A DNA stretch of 64,000 nucleotides from Paraphysomonas bandaiensis (GCA_965644295.1 CBFFRP010000208.1:62931-126930), one strand, 5' to 3'. Counted from the stretch's first letter, positions 12,067 to 26,470 are shown. Program-made: numbers and translations. Notes: generated by a model not told the origin, from the sequence alone.

Positions 12067-15000
12067 ATGAGCGTTCCGTCATTCATATACTCCGGAGTGA
12101 ACGACAACATCAAGAGATTAAACGATGAGTTAGACGGGCTTGGAGGGGGCGATGCGCGTATAGCAAAGTTGGAACTGAACTGTGTAATCGATGATCGCAT
12201 CGAGCAGAGAGAGGGTCAGGTGCTCTGGCCTCTGGGCAGATCTGTCGGACTGAGAGATCCAAAGTTTCCAAGAAATCAGCCGATAGCGGATTCAATGAAA
12301 TATTTTCATGTGTCTTCGGCGTGTCGAGTTTCTGCTGCAACAAAAGAGAACAGTATTCATCTTGGGAAGAATAGGTGATATGCAGATTGTGTGTTTCGGG
12401 CTTGTTTATGATGCATTACAGGCAAATATCACAATGGCTGCTAGATGGCTTCAACGCAACTGTTATAGCATACGGGGAGCAGGGTTGTGGGAAAACAAGT
12501 TCGTTATTTGGTATGGAAAACGGCTCACGAAACGAGGGATTTGTATTTGAAGTACTTCGCCACGTGTTCGAGTCAGCTGCCGAGGAAAGGGGCGCACTGA
12601 CAATTGGCCTTTCTGTTTGGGCCCTGCGTGGCGATGAAATCATAGAGTATGTAGATATACCTTGAACACACACAGTTGTCTAAGTGTGTGCAGTCTATGT
12701 GCCCGTCGTAGGAGTGATGAGGGGGTTGGGAAGGGAAAGAACTGGCTGGAATTCGCAACAGTGGAATGTCCGTCGTTGGAGGTTGCTATGAAGGTGTTAC
12801 AAGTGGCAAGGGATCGCTGTAGTGGAGGTGAACGGGATAGAGATAAAGCACATTTATTTCTTAGGTACATTAATGTCGTTTCCAAGTTGGGGTTGGCTAA
12901 TTTGATGAGCAACAGGGTACTCCTACACCGGGCCCACGGATCATCAGATGACCGATTGCTTGGCTCAATAAGCCACTTACATGTTGTAGATTTGATTGGT
13001 ATGCACTAAGCAAAAGAATCTTTGTGCTATGTGTGTTATGTTTTCTATAGAATCTTCTCCAACGGATACTATTGAGCACAGACGACTAGAGGTAATATTT
13101 CTTGCTTTGTTTCCCTACGTAGGAAGTGATGTTCCTGTGTAGGAAGTGGACCGAATAGCACGTAGAGATGCTGCACTCCAACTGTCAGCCCTACGTAAGG
13201 TTATGACAGAGGTGCGTGACGCTTCAAGGGCTGCAGAAGGAACACGAGGGGGAAAACATCATGAGCCTCAAACGCGCATGACATCCGCCCGGGACTCACG
13301 ACTGACATTGCTTTTAGGTAAATATTGCCCATACATCGAAAATCAGTTCTAACCGAGCCTCTCTTATTTCAGCTCCATTAATCCAGGGTAACACTAAGAC
13401 GTGGGTCTTTCTTCACCTACGTGATGGGGAGAAGCACTACGATGCCTCATTGAATTCTCTCGCGGCATTTGAGGTACCGCGAGTGCGCAATAGCACGATG
13501 TAATTGGCTCACCACTATGTAGGGTACACCTGATATCACCTCAGCCTGTCACCGAGTTCGAGATATACCGCTGAGATCCCTCGATCTCTCGCACCCTGAC
13601 ACCATGTTGCCGCCGAAATATGACAGGCGCCCTCAATGGGTAGAACGCACACACTCTTCACCTTCTAGACATCATTCACGCACTGCGGAGACTTTCAGTC
13701 GAGAGTCAAGCCCTAGTCCCGTTCCCTTTGATGGTACCAATCACGATACAAAGGAGGAAGATGTACCTCGGGAGGTGGAGAGAAAAAGTTCCGATTCTGG
13801 TGTTGCGCTCAGTAGCGAGGGATTCGATGACCTGATGAAAGAGTTCAACTCACTTATGGCACAGGTTGTGATGGCTATTAGAGTAATACACAAATTTTAT
13901 TTCTTTTTCGTAGCTCTCTAAGGGTAGCACTCACACCGATAGAGATGATCGTCGAGAACGATATAGTGATGAAAGAAAGGATTTTCTGCAATCCCAACCT
14001 AGCGGTTTGAAATTTCACCAGCAGCAGGACCATGGAATAAGTGTTCAGGCACGCCCGGGTCGGTATAGTAGTACAGGCGATGGTGACGACAGCGACGACC
14101 AGGGTGAGGATGGCCACGAGGGATCAAGTTATTATGACATGTGGAGAAATTCTTCTAGTCGTTTTGAAACAGGAACTTCTAAAGCTGCGGTTACTTCGAT
14201 GGAATTTTACGATGACATAGAGGACAGCGGAGAAGATGCAGGTTGCGATGATGATAGCTTGGAAGAGGACGGATCTGGAAAAGATGGTGAAAATGGTGAG
14301 GGATCAAGTAGAACACTAGGTGAAGGAAGGGATGGGGGGCATATGCACGACTATGACAAATATGAAGATCCGCAAGCATTTTCTGAGGCCTCAATGGGGA
14401 GAAAGGATGATGTGGAAGAGAACATGGACAATGTCTTCGCTGATAGTGATCACAATGATATTCATGATGGGCAGGATGAATGGTTCCAAGGGCACCTTCG
14501 TGAAGAGGGTCAGAGTGGGGGGCACGATGACTTTGGAACATCGGCGGCAACAGGAGATAAAATGGAGCATGTGGCAGAATCTTTGATGCTCGCACTGCAG
14601 GCAGAAAAAGAAGCTAGTGGTCGACTAGAAGAGAAGATTCGCCACCTGGAGGTGTGCATTAGATTTCTCGCTTACTGTCTTCCTAATTTTAACGTTCAGG
14701 AGGAATTGATGGAGGCTAACACTGCCACGGCTGTGCAAGCAGAGGGCCACAAGGTTAACTTGCACTGTTGCTCTGATTAGCACTCTGAATGATAGTATCT
14801 TTTATTCAGGTTGAGGTATTGCGGCTCAAAGGTGTTATTAGGCAAATGGCCAGTGAGTACTCTCATGATGATCTTCTTGATTCATTTGAAGAGGATTTAG
14901 CGAGGTAAGAATACGTCATACATATACAGTTAGAAGTACTGAAGGAAAAGTAGACTTCAGAAGGAGAATAAAGCACTACAGCGTAGTAATGTTGCGCTTG

Positions 15001-16366
15001 AAGTTGCACTGGCGGGTGAGGGAAGCGCGGGTGTATTTATTGGGGAAGACCCAGGTGTAACTTGGACCGCAGCTGAAGGGATGACGTCAGGTATGTTGCA
15101 TCCCCATATTCACATTCAAATGTGAGCTCTTATATTGTTTAGCAAATGGTAAAACCACCATTAGTATTAAGGAGTACAGAGTCCTTCGTATGAAACTTAA
15201 GCAGTTGGAGCGTAACTACGCTGAAATGGCTGAGAGATATGAGGACCTACGACGAAAGGAGCGTCGATTTATATTGTCAGTAAAGCATCAGGAAGACAGC
15301 TCTCGCCGTCTCAAAGCACAGCACCATCAGATAGAAACACTGCGGGAAGAGTTGGAGGGTGAGATGGAGGAACGCTGTAGGGCCGAGAGAGATAGAGATC
15401 TACTGAAGGAGGAGGTAGCGGCGCTGCAGAATTCTGAGAGATCCATGCGGGAAGAACGATCTCGAATTTTGTCGGTATGATTTTGTTTCTTTGTATTGTG
15501 TATTGCAACCCTTATTGTGTTGAAACATACAGGAGCTAGCATTGTGCAGGCAACGTGTGCGAGAGATGGACCGATGGCGCAGAGATCAGGCAACTGTGGA
15601 TAGGTATGAATGTTATATTATCGCGTGCATGCAGAGTGTTCACCATTTTGTTATCGAACAGGTTTGTACAGAAGCATGCTGGAATACGGAACTCCCAGAG
15701 GGCATCCATGAGTCAATGTGAAGGGAAGGAGTGGCAGGAAGACGAGGGACATGATGTCGACGACTCTGTCTCTTATGTATCTCAGTATCTAAAGACCCCT
15801 ACCTCTGAAAAGAAAAAGCGGGGGTTGACTGAGAAACAAAAACAGATGTACGATAATCTGAGTCGTGGATTAAGGGGTGATGGTGGCGCACGCTCTGGTC
15901 CTCCGGATGCAATCAGTGGAGTGGCAGGATTATCCGACAGTGTGGTGCGTGACCTATTAGATATGATGTCGAATTATCACGCATGTTTCTGTAGTATGTT
16001 CGCGAGGAGGAGGCTGAACCAATGAGTTTGGCACTCGAGAAAAGTCTCTTATCGCTCCACGACTCAATTGCATTGACTGCTCCATCTCTGCTACCACTTG
16101 TCAATAAACTTGGGGCCGAGGTGAGAAATGAACGCACGGCTTCACTTAGGCAGAAATCTGAATTGCTAGCAAAGTACTCCAATGGAAGAAGTCAACTACA
16201 TGAAACCTCGCGATCTGTGATTCATCCGTCTACCCCGCGCTCTGTGACAAGAACATCTTTTCGAACCCAAGCAAGTAGATCTGAGGGCGATCCTGGTTCT
16301 GCTAATTCACGTGGAACAACAAAAATGGCTTTCTTTAGAAGAGAAGACGATAAACGCGAACTTTGA
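12067..16366 (+). CDS. Divergent kinesin-like protein with acidic linker and C-terminal coiled coils, many exons
   Basis: DGFNATVIAYGEQGCGKT (P-loop), HLHVVDL, LSALRKVM and SARDSRLTLLLAPLIQGNTKT match the kinesin motor. The C-terminal exons are coiled-coil rich. Confidence 0.8.
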
Positions 16367-16689
16367 ATCGACGTGGCATGTATAGATATTAGCTTGCTTA
16401 ATGAATTTAGTAATCTTGAGGTAACTTAAAATATAAATATGAGGAATACATGATTATTAATTTACGGTATTTAAACGTCAAAATCTGTTCATGTTCTGCT
16501 CAAAACTCTACTGTGATAATTAAAGCCTGAATTCGAATAGGTTTTAAAATTCTTATTAATAGTTAATCACGACAGTGGTTTAGAATGACTTATCCAACCT
16601 TATTTATTAGTTATTATTACTACTTCTTTTGTTAATTACAACCTACTCCGAAGAACGTACACATACCATACTGATATTTATCACTAGTA

Positions 16690-17405
16690 GCCATTCTGTG
16701 TTGCTGGACGCTGAACACACCGGATGACCTTCATATCGCACTCCTGTCCAGCTATACACTCTCTTGCATGTGCTCTCTACCTCTGGCTAAGACAGCAAAA
16801 GAGTTGATTTCGACGCTTCTTCACAGTAGGCCAAAACCTTTTGCAAGACCTTCATCCACATACCTCCGAGCTCGGAGCCACTTGTGGCACAGTGCCTAAA
16901 GGAAGGCCACCAGATCGCCAATCTCAGCAGGGTATAGTACTGCTTCCCCTGGTTGCCGTGAGGTACATAAGGCAGTCGGCAGTCCCCGATGCAAATTGCA
17001 CACAATGTATGTGTAGTCTTAAGCGTTCCAGTGTTGTAGTAGTAGACTTAGATCATGGCTTTCACTTGTCATGCTGTACGTTGCACAACGTGTCCCCTAC
17101 ATACACATCTATCATAGAGCGAGTGGAGTCTCATCCTAAGAGGAGACCTCCAGATCACACGCGTCGGTGAGTCCCAGGACACACGATCATGGCGAGCCTC
17201 ATAACACACGCAAAGAACGGAAGTGGTCGCACCTTGGTGCTTGTGGAGACGCACAAGCAGCTTCTGTAGCGTTAAATAGTAGGATAAAAGAGTTTGTATT
17301 GATTAGTTAAGGGTAGAGGTCTAAATAGTTTGTCTAGCATTCTTCTAGCTACTAATTGATGCGCAGGCTTTCAACGCCTATTGCTAAATAATTAGACATT
17401 CAATA
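16690..17405 (+). mobile_element. Decayed transposon 3' fragment: PHD-finger-like relic followed by repeat family 1 module B
   Basis: The frame at 16990-17100 reads CTQC...DHGFHLSCCTLHNVSP. Module B (gaacggaagtggtcgcaccttggtgc...) starts at about 17213. Confidence 0.55.
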
Positions 17406-17623
17406 TGTAGCCATTCTGTGTAACAAAGAAATACAGAATTTACAAGACTACAATTGCTGTAATAGTAATAAAACACGCCAAGTAATGAAAATCTGAAAAT
17501 ACAATCGCTGTTAAAGAAATGACTTGTAGAGAAAAGTACTGGTGTTGGTGATTGATGTGTAGCTACAATCACACTACAACAACACAACTTTACTATCTCT
17601 CTCCTACTATATATAATTCGTAC

Positions 17624-18349
17624 AATGATAATTTAAATTATTATTGGTAATTGTTGCCAATTAATTGGCTGGCTAAATTATATATAGAATCTTAAGATGT
17701 ATAGCTACTGATCATAGATACAAACCCACTACCAGAAGTTTGGATGTATGCGCACACAGGCATGTTATGATTTTATTAATCATAATTGTGTGTGGCAGTC
17801 AGTATAAGGGTTAGTATACACGTTAACCTCGGCACGCAAGAGAGTAATATAGCATGTCAAATATCGTTGGCAAAGAACAAAAACTGAGCACCTCAACAAC
17901 GACCCTCTAGATACATAGCATATAAAAGAAGGTGACTGCAGATATTCAACTGCTTCGACTAGGGATAGGGTTAGACACCTTGACACGAGGCGATTAATTG
18001 GCAATAATTGCCGATTAATTGCATTGCTTGATTAATAATTATTATTATTGTTGGTCATCTGTCACCAATTAATTGCCAAGTAATTGTTAAACAAGCCTGG
18101 ATAGCAGTTACCAGGCCATGATAGACACATATAGCCTATGTTCTTGGCAAATCTATGGCACCTCATCGAGTAGACGCCGTTATGTTCTTGCGCTTTAATA
18201 GATTTCTGTGGAATTCAATTACTGTTGAAGGTGCTATACGTGCTTGTAATGAGTAACTAAGTTCATTAGACAATAATTGGCACAATTAAATTGCAATTAT
18301 AATTGCGCGAGCTATGACTAATAATTGCAATTAATTGTTTCGCAGCCCT
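17624..18349 (+). repeat. Repeat family 2 copy plus adjacent hAT-like termini
   Basis: 17624-18100 aligns by eye with 2135-2481. gttaccaggcc (about 18106) and ttgtttcgcagccctg (18334-18349) resemble CAGGGC-type TIR ends. Confidence 0.55.
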
Positions 18350-18659
18350 GTAGATAGGTAAATTGTAACACTGACTCCACTTTCTACTACACAATAAGAT
18401 TTTTACGTATATGATAAAATATTTCCCATATCACAGGCCATGAAGATTTTACGAACAACCCACAACACATTTCATTGAGGTATGAGATAACTACTTGATA
18501 CTTAATTGTTCCAGCGAGCCTAAAAGAGAGAACCGCAAAAGTTGTCACATCCTCTGTTATCAAGTACACCGTTTTCTAACAGTCCAACTGGTTATCCTTA
18601 CAATATTCAAATTAACATACTGCAGCTATTATAAAAACCACTTTCCAATTGGAACATGT

Positions 18660-19815
18660 CTAATTTCCACCAGCAAGCTGTGCTGTTACTCGGTCGTAAG
18701 CACTCTCAAAGTTAGTGAGGCCCTGTAGCAGAGGATGCTCTGGGGCCTTGTTACGTAGTTGGCTGAAATACCACTATAAGGAAGCGCAGTGATTGGTAAT
18801 AGAATTTACCTGACAAATCGAGCGATGACTTCAGGGGGCTTGTCGAGGTGATAAGATACCGTGATAATGTTGGCAAGACAATCCGCATTGGAGGGATCTT
18901 TGTTAAGAGCCTCCTGTAGATGAGTCTCTGCCTCGTCAAACAGACCTTGGTGCATCTTGGAGACTGCAAGCCCTGTCATTAGCATCACAGATGCACCATA
19001 CTTCTCTGATAGATCTTCATAAATGTTGGCGGCCTCGGCCATCCCCTTCGCCCCACCCTGCGACACAAAAATCAATAACTCACATACTCCCAAATCGAAG
19101 TGCTCACCGTACGCATGCTGACCCAAGCTGTTGCCAGCTGTGTAAGAGCACTGTCCTCGTCCACGGATTTCATCAAAGCAAGTCTTTGTTGCGCCAGATC
19201 AGGCCGGTCCATCCTCAGGAGCAGTTGGACAGCATATGCAGACCTACAATACGCTTCATGAAAAATATCAAACATATCGAGTAGCACTTACAACTCGAGA
19301 GTAGATTGCCCTTCAGTGGCAATCAGAGCGTCTTTAATATTGTCCCCGTGTACGTGTACAGTGGCAAGCACAAGATAGTAAATCGTGGCCTGACTAGTTT
19401 TTGACGCCTCGTCTGCAAGTGCTTCCAGATTAGACAGCACCACCTCATATGATGATTTCTTCGACAGATATAACGCCAGTTGACGAATTGCCCGTAAAGC
19501 TACCCCCCATATGTATATATATTAGCACACATCACACAGCAACTCATTCCCCACTCACCTAGAGGGGTGCTGGGTGTGTCCTGTATCTCACCAATCACGA
19601 TATCGTACTGACCGAGAGCGAGATATGAACGATACACGAACTCGTCTCGAATGGGATTTAAATGCTTCGCCAGCCGATGCAAACTGTTCGACTCATTGAT
19701 CGCAAGCTACACGCGGCTCATGACGACACGCATATACACACATACACACACACACCTGATAGTTGCCTAACCAAAACAAGTTCCTCATTGTGTACAATTC
19801 ATCTGGCTCTGTCAT
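18660..19815 (-). CDS. COPE: Coatomer subunit epsilon, 6 exons
   Basis: MTEPDELYTMRNLFWLGNYQ, FVYRSYLALGQY, MDRPDLA, DEDSALTQLATAW, AETHLQEALNKDP..ADCLAN and HPLL..FESAYDR match epsilon-COP. Confidence 0.95.
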
Positions 19816-19920
19816 AGTTCCGCCTGTGTGGTTATGGGGAAGTGATGCCGCGGTGTGATTGTGCAGCAGGCCGGCTATTATACACACATACAAAGCTATG
19901 ACAATACCCAACACCCTGCT

Positions 19921-20131
19921 ATGTATGTATGTATGTATGTATGTATGTATGTATGTATGTATGTATGTATGTATGTATGTATGTATGTATGTATGTATGT
20001 ATGTATGTATGTATGTATGTATGTATGTATGTATGTATGTATGTATGTATGTATGTATGTATGTATGTATGTATGTATGTATGTATGTATGTATGTATGT
20101 ATGTTGGTATGTATGTATGTATGTATGTATG
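19921..20131. repeat. (ATGT)n tetranucleotide microsatellite, about 52 units, one interruption
   Basis: Directly visible tandem array in the COPE/NUP107 divergent intergenic region. Confidence 0.98.
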
Positions 20132-20370
20132 CGGTATATGCTCTGTATTCTATGGCAATGGTAGTAGTGCGGCATGGTACTTGCTTGGAGCTTGTCTTTT
20201 TTCTTATTGTTTTTATCGTTAATGGTTAGGTGCATTTCTTTCAGGTACTCTGCAAACATATACTCGTCCGCTGCAAGTCCTCGTGAATTAACACTCCATC
20301 ACAGTCTCTGCCACCCCTCTGATTGGCCGGTAATAGAGGCATCAGATGTCTATCTTAAGAGACGCCGATA

Positions 20371-23300
20371 ATGCCGAGCGACGCGGAGAGGAAGCGTTGC
20401 GTAAATTTCAATCTTTTCTCGGCTCAGACGAAGCAGACGAGTCATTCATACCGTCCGGAAGGCTCTTTGGTGTATCGCCGTATCATGTCCGGGCAGCGGG
20501 GTGAGTGCTGATATGTTATTATGACTATTAGTAAAGGCTTTCACGTGTGCTGACTCGTACACACAGGTCGGAGAGGCGTAGATCGGATTTACCGTATAAT
20601 TCTATGCTAGTGCCGACCGATACTTCCCTTCCGCTTTCCCTCTCTGCTCTCGGAGATGATGGACAGCCGATGGACCCGATGCACCTTTTATACAATCAAT
20701 ACTCCTACATACGGCCTCCTGCTAAGTCGGAGGAGTCCACATTCTACCAACATATTGAGGTATTATTTGATATTAATATCTTCTAGTGAAGAATTTAACG
20801 TTTTAATGGCGGTTAGGATACGATGGAGGAGGTATCAGGAGCCGTTACTGGAGTGCCCCTAGACGCAGAGGCGCAGGTCTTACTCGCGGAAACATATGCG
20901 ATGGTACACTTTTCTCGCTATGTTGATTTGTTAATAACTGGGGTATCTAGGACGCTGCACAGCGACATGATGAGGCCCTTAGAAATCTGAATCGTGCTCG
21001 AGAAGCTTCAAAATCTAGGGGCAGGGGGGCGGTAGCACTACTTCAGGCTGAAGCACACGATGCACGCACTGAGAGAGATTTATGGAGTCTTCTGGCCATA
21101 CTGATGAGGTAAACTCTTGGTATGGATGTGCATCTACCAATGTGTATACGTTTCTTTTCTACGTCGTTGTAGCTATCTGAATATCAGTTTGTGTCAACAC
21201 ATGCGTTGTAGGTCGGGCCTACTGAAGAACATTGATGATGACAACTGTCAGTCCTCCCTTTGTTCAGCCATTGAGTCTATTGCTCCTAGTGCCCCTTTGC
21301 GGCGTGTGGTAGATCTGTGTTTAGAAACTGATGACCGTATAAAGAAGGGCCGCGTTTTGAAAGACTGGTTGGAAAACGGAGCGGTCGACCTGGTGAATGA
21401 ACCACCCCTTCCAAGAAACCCAATGCCTTGGTTAGTCACACTTGGCGGAATCCTGAATGATGAGAATGGCTTAAATACGCTGCACCCAGATGTACAGTTG
21501 GGTCCGGGAGGTGTGATGCAACCACTTGCCGGGGAAGACGTGGCTGACCAGGAGACGGTAATGAAAGTAGTGTGGCAGTACATACGTAGTGGACAACTGG
21601 TAAGAGCCCAGGAGGTGGCGAAGGAACACGGGTGGTTCTGGCTGTCGGGATGTCTATTGGGCGCCGCAGAAGAGTACTCGACGGTAGAGGGGGAGAACAT
21701 ACGCACAAAAGGGAACAAAAGGCGGGCACTATGGATGCAGACTTGCTGGCGGTACTCCTCCATGATAGACGAAGTCCCTGTTAGTAAGAAACAACAACTT
21801 GACTTACCAGCTCTTGAGTCTGCGGTCTACTCTGCTCTTAGTGGTAATCTGCGTACCCTAAATAGATCTCGCCTCCTGGTGTCTTGGTCAGATAGACTAT
21901 GGGCCACTGTAAAATGTTGTCACGAGCGTCAGCTTGCGGAGGTAGTACATGGGTTTCACCAGAAAAGGGCAGATCACAGCGCACTCTACCGCGGGTGTGA
22001 TAAATCTACACTTGAAGCCGAGGATCAGTTGCTATCGTATACCAATGATCTACGCGGCGCTATTGACGGGTCTTGCGACGGCCTTTTCAAACTCATGCCA
22101 CCCCCGTCTGCAGATTGTGGTAGTGAGGCTACTGTACTCTTTCTAGAACTGCAGGTTGCCCTCATTAGAGGAGTGGATGCACTCAGGGCTCACATTCAGG
22201 CGACTGTTTCACGCCTGGTTCGAAAGGAGGAAGGGGGAGAGGACTCTCTGTTTTCAAATGTGCGATGCCGAATTCTTCGGGTCTATACCCACCTCCTTTT
22301 ATGGCTACATTTCTCGTGTTTCGAAAACTCCGTGTTGCGTGATATTGCCCCGAATAAAGTGCTACACAGTGTTGTGGAGGCCTACATTGAACACCTCATT
22401 CACAGACGACAGTATTCTTTAGTAGCGTTATATGCATCATTCCTCAGTCGGCCACGCCGAGTGGCCAAATATGCTTCCATGATGCGACAGATATCACCAG
22501 TAGCAGCTCAAGGCCAGACAATGGAAGACTCAATCAAGCCGTATGATTCTTACACTGCGGATCAGAGCCGTGTGGATGATTCTGCAACTGCTTCGGAGGT
22601 GCTTCAGTTGGCCCAGAAGTTTTTCCAACGAGAAGAGGTGCTAGAAATAGCAAAGGAGGTAGTTGAGGAAGCTAGGAAGGGAGATTCTGAGGGCACAGTT
22701 GCTGCAGATCTAGACACTACCATCGCTCTGTCTCCGGTACGCAGCCACCTGCACCAGCTTCACACACCTGGCACACTCCACACACACACACATCGTAGAA
22801 TAGAGACACCTGCGACACACGGTTTTACCGAGACACCCGGACGAGGACATGGAATTGAGGAGCGCTCCCTTGTGGTGTCTAACACTGTTGATGATACACC
22901 AGATTCCAGACGAATGGAGAGTCTAAAGTGGTTGTGCTTTAGCAATTATCATAGAGTGGCTGTCATTGAGGCTAACGCCTTTATGCGATCACTGATGCTA
23001 GAAAGTGATGGAGAAAAGACACGCCAGGTTCATACGCTACTGTGGGATATTCTGCCTGAGGGGTGTCTTGAGGAGGGTGAAAGACAGCACGATATTCGTA
23101 TGAGTCAAATGTATGAATCTCCTGATAGGGACGATCGTTTAATCTCAGCAGAGATTGACATGTGGGACGCTGCAGCGTCGCAGATGTGTTTCTGGAGAGG
23201 GTTTGATGTTGCCGTCGATCGTCATATGCGTTGGATGAGAGCAATATCTCAGTTTTATGAAACTACCTCTTCTATGATTGGTGATTCTAGTGTTTCGCAA

Positions 23301-24279
23301 TTAAAGGGCTACGGATATGACATCGAAAGAGCCGCTAAAGTAGCTTTGGACGGTATTAGAAATACTCTGCTCTGTTACCCTGAGGAAAGAGCCTCTGAAG
23401 CAGTAAAGTCTATGTCTGCCCTCGGTTATCAAGATGTGTGGTGCCGTGCCATCAAATCTGTTTGCGGGAGTATTCTTGGTATGTATTGTTTGTTTGAGTA
23501 CTACATTTGCTAATATGTATTGCCAGTTGAACTCGAGCAGCTCTTAGCAACAGACGTCGAAGAATCCGACGATGATATTAGTGCCCAAGAATGTAAGACT
23601 TTATTGAATGAGGTGACTGCTATGAGCGCAGAGCTGGAGGCGCCTGTGGGTTCGTGTCATGCCACTGAGAGTGTTTCTTGTTTGCGAGATGCTGACTGCG
23701 CCACAATCGCGACATCTTCACTCTTCGACTACCCGCAGAAAATTCAATATGCATTGGAGCTCCTACAGGCAATATGTCATAAATTTTGTTTCACAAGGGT
23801 GTACTACGATGCACTTGTGAAGACCCGGGATGCAATCAGCTGTGTATTGGAGAATAGGAAGGTTGTAGCATGAATGCTATACGATACTTTTTAAGTCTTT
23901 ATTTGCAGACCATGTACCTGCTTTCTGCACAGTTACTTACTACCTACATAAAGGTATAGTCTTGTGGTAAACTATGTATCGTGCTGACCCTTTTCTAGGT
24001 GTGCACGGAGACCGCTGAGGTAATGGAGACGCTACAATGCAAGGAGCAGGCGCTTGATTGGTATCAGCGTGCCGTCCAGCTCGCTGATTTTATAGCAGAA
24101 GATGAACATCCCCATTTACAGCTTTACAAGTCTCTAAAAGGGTAGGTGATATGGTTTTCGTAGTAAGTATTTAATTCCATCGCAGTGCTGATATTAAAGC
24201 AATTCTGGGGGCTATCCATCATGCTGCTATGGAGATACTTCGGTTAAATTCGTCCCGAGGATTTAGTATAGACGTGTAG
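20371..24279 (+). CDS. NUP107: Nucleoporin Nup107/Nup84, multi-exon
   Basis: LHPD..ED..DQE.VMKVVWQYIRSGQLVRA..HGWFW..LLG, GNKRRALWMQTC, ESAVYSALSGNL, SWSDRLWA, YSLVALYASFL and QLADFIAEDE..LY match Nup107. GT-AG introns give a continuous frame to TAG at 24277-24279. Confidence 0.9.
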
Positions 24280-24735
24280 GCGCCTAGCGCCCCGCAAATT
24301 CGGCATTACTCACGGCGCATTGCTTTCGAGTGTTCACAGTATTATGGACTCGAATGAGTTGCCTTTTCATACTGCTATAATAATCAATTATTCTCTACGA
24401 AAGTATATTTTTGAACTGTAATATAAAGAGCGAAGTATGCGGCGACTTAACGTAGCACTACAACGGGTATTTGCTTATACTTAATGTAGGCTACGAAATA
24501 TAAGGTGGAACTTGGTTATCTACACCATCAGTTGTATGTTTAGTAAACAAATGAATATATTATTACCAGATACTTATGAATTCTCATGTATTGTTGATTG
24601 TTGTATATAAGCAAATCTTAAGCTCGTCACAACGGAAAATTAAGATTCATTACTTGACGTAATAATATTCAATGAGATATAAGCTTCGTATTGTAATTTT
24701 AAAAAACAAAAACTTCACAGAAAGAATATGTTAAT

Positions 24736-25040
24736 ATAAGTGTCGCTTGTGTGGACGTCTTCGGGCCTTGGCGAATAAACAAGCATCCGGAATAGAGGGC
24801 CCACCCGACAGGTAGCCCGATATTGAACTGCCTGCTGAAGTCAAGCATGTGATGACCAAACCTGGTAGAACGGTCTAAAATCTATTAGAGCGAAAGTGGT
24901 TGCACCTTGGTGCTTGCAGTCATGCAGAAGCATCTTTTGTAGCGCTAACTAGTAGGATGTCAGAGTTAAGCACTAGTTAGTTGAACTGCAATGCTAAATT
25001 AGCTCTGACTCTCGAACGCCTATTTTGCTAATTCACTACC
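24736..25040 (+). mobile_element. Repeat family 1 copy (partial A plus B)
   Basis: ataagtgtcgcttgtgtggacgtc..gcatccggaa..gagcgaaagtggttgcaccttggtgc..gcctattttgcta. Confidence 0.75.
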
Positions 25041-25659
25041 ATATTGTTGTATTTACGTGTGTATTACATAATATATTAAGGGCTGTACGTGAATTTTAGT
25101 GATACTACAAGTTTTTAAAATTATAAACTATATGCGAAAAGAGTATGAAACGACAGTTGGGTAAGCTATGTTGGCTGTTGGCAGCTAATGTATAGATGTT
25201 TAGCTACTTGAGTATCAGTTAATTAGGACAGCAAATAATAATTGCAATTATTATAATAGACGATTTGAAAGCGATATTTATGTACATTTCAATTACGATA
25301 ATTTTGAAGTTGAGCTTAAACGAGCACAAAGTATCTGTTGTGGTACCCTGTAAACTGGTCAAAATGAGGCTAATATACTATGGCTTTCCATAAAAGAATG
25401 CATTCAGTATTCAGTATATTTAGCTCTATTGAATTATATATTGACAATTGACCATTTTCAGGTGATTAAGATCGTTGTAAGAGAAGTTTAAGTTAGTCAA
25501 ACTAGATAGATTACTTTATTATAATTGTATACACAATTGTGTGTGTTGTCATGTAACACATGTCAACAACATCATAAATTATTTCGTTCATGTCAACCAC
25601 TGCTCAACTTCCGTATCTTGAATCGTCATGATATAATACTTCAGTTTCACAGTTATAGC

Positions 25660-26470
25660 TATATTGAAAATCTGATTATTAAGAAGCGCAAGCTTGTGCG
25701 TTGCCGCGACCAACCTAACAACTCGCGCGACACTATGCATAACATGACTCTCATCTAGTTACTATTGCATGCACCGACAAGTGCTCAACTATACAACACG
25801 ATTTAGTTAGCTACATGGGCATACGACGAGTTGCGTGTTTAAGCCGGATCATACGCTCCTGCCCAATCTACTTGTCCTAACACAAACAACTTGCGGTCGG
25901 TGTCTTCGGCATATGTCTCCTGTATATGCGGCAGATCTTTAGGGCCCTCTTCAAGGTGGTGTTCACAGCAGCAGGTAGTCTGGAAGGGAGAATAAAGTAG
26001 CTCTATAGCGCCGGGTCCTCCCACGGTCACGAAGCGGTCTCACTGGTGCAATTTTGCACACTGACGCATGAAACAGACATCTACCAAAATCTGTTACAAA
26101 TTCAAGCTGACTCCAATGTCTTCCCTCCATTGTGTGCACTCATCCAGCACATGCATCCACCTTGCACTCTTCTCCCGAGTGACTTACACTAGTAGGAAAC
26201 CGTGCACCTTCCCCGCTCGGATGAAAACCTACTAAGCAAGAATAACATAAAAGCACCACAAATGTACCTGACACTGCTTGGAGAACAGTGCCAGAGCCTT
26301 GATATAATCTCAATGACCTGGGTCAGGAGAAACCAAGACTAGGCAGTAGACGTGTGAGAAGACATGACAGGTCTAATCACATCATTGCCATTGCCATGCA
26401 TCCATGAGGAAAGTTTGACGCATTACCTCGGTCATTGGCCACACAGATACCGAATAATGTGAACTCATAC
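25660..26470 (-). mobile_element. Decayed transposon 3' part (divergent subfamily) with PHD-like relic and variant structured core
   Basis: Segments 26035-26075 and 25681-25750 recur in reverse orientation at about 55413-55455 and 55545-55610. It ends in taataatcagattttcaatatagc, like module B. One frame reads DECTQW..VDVCFMRQCAKLH. Confidence 0.55.

Noticed and set aside
19693-20259. ORFs with MYVC/YIHT repeats
   Set aside because: They are translations of the (ATGT)n microsatellite. Only the last part of the minus ORF is COPE exon 1.
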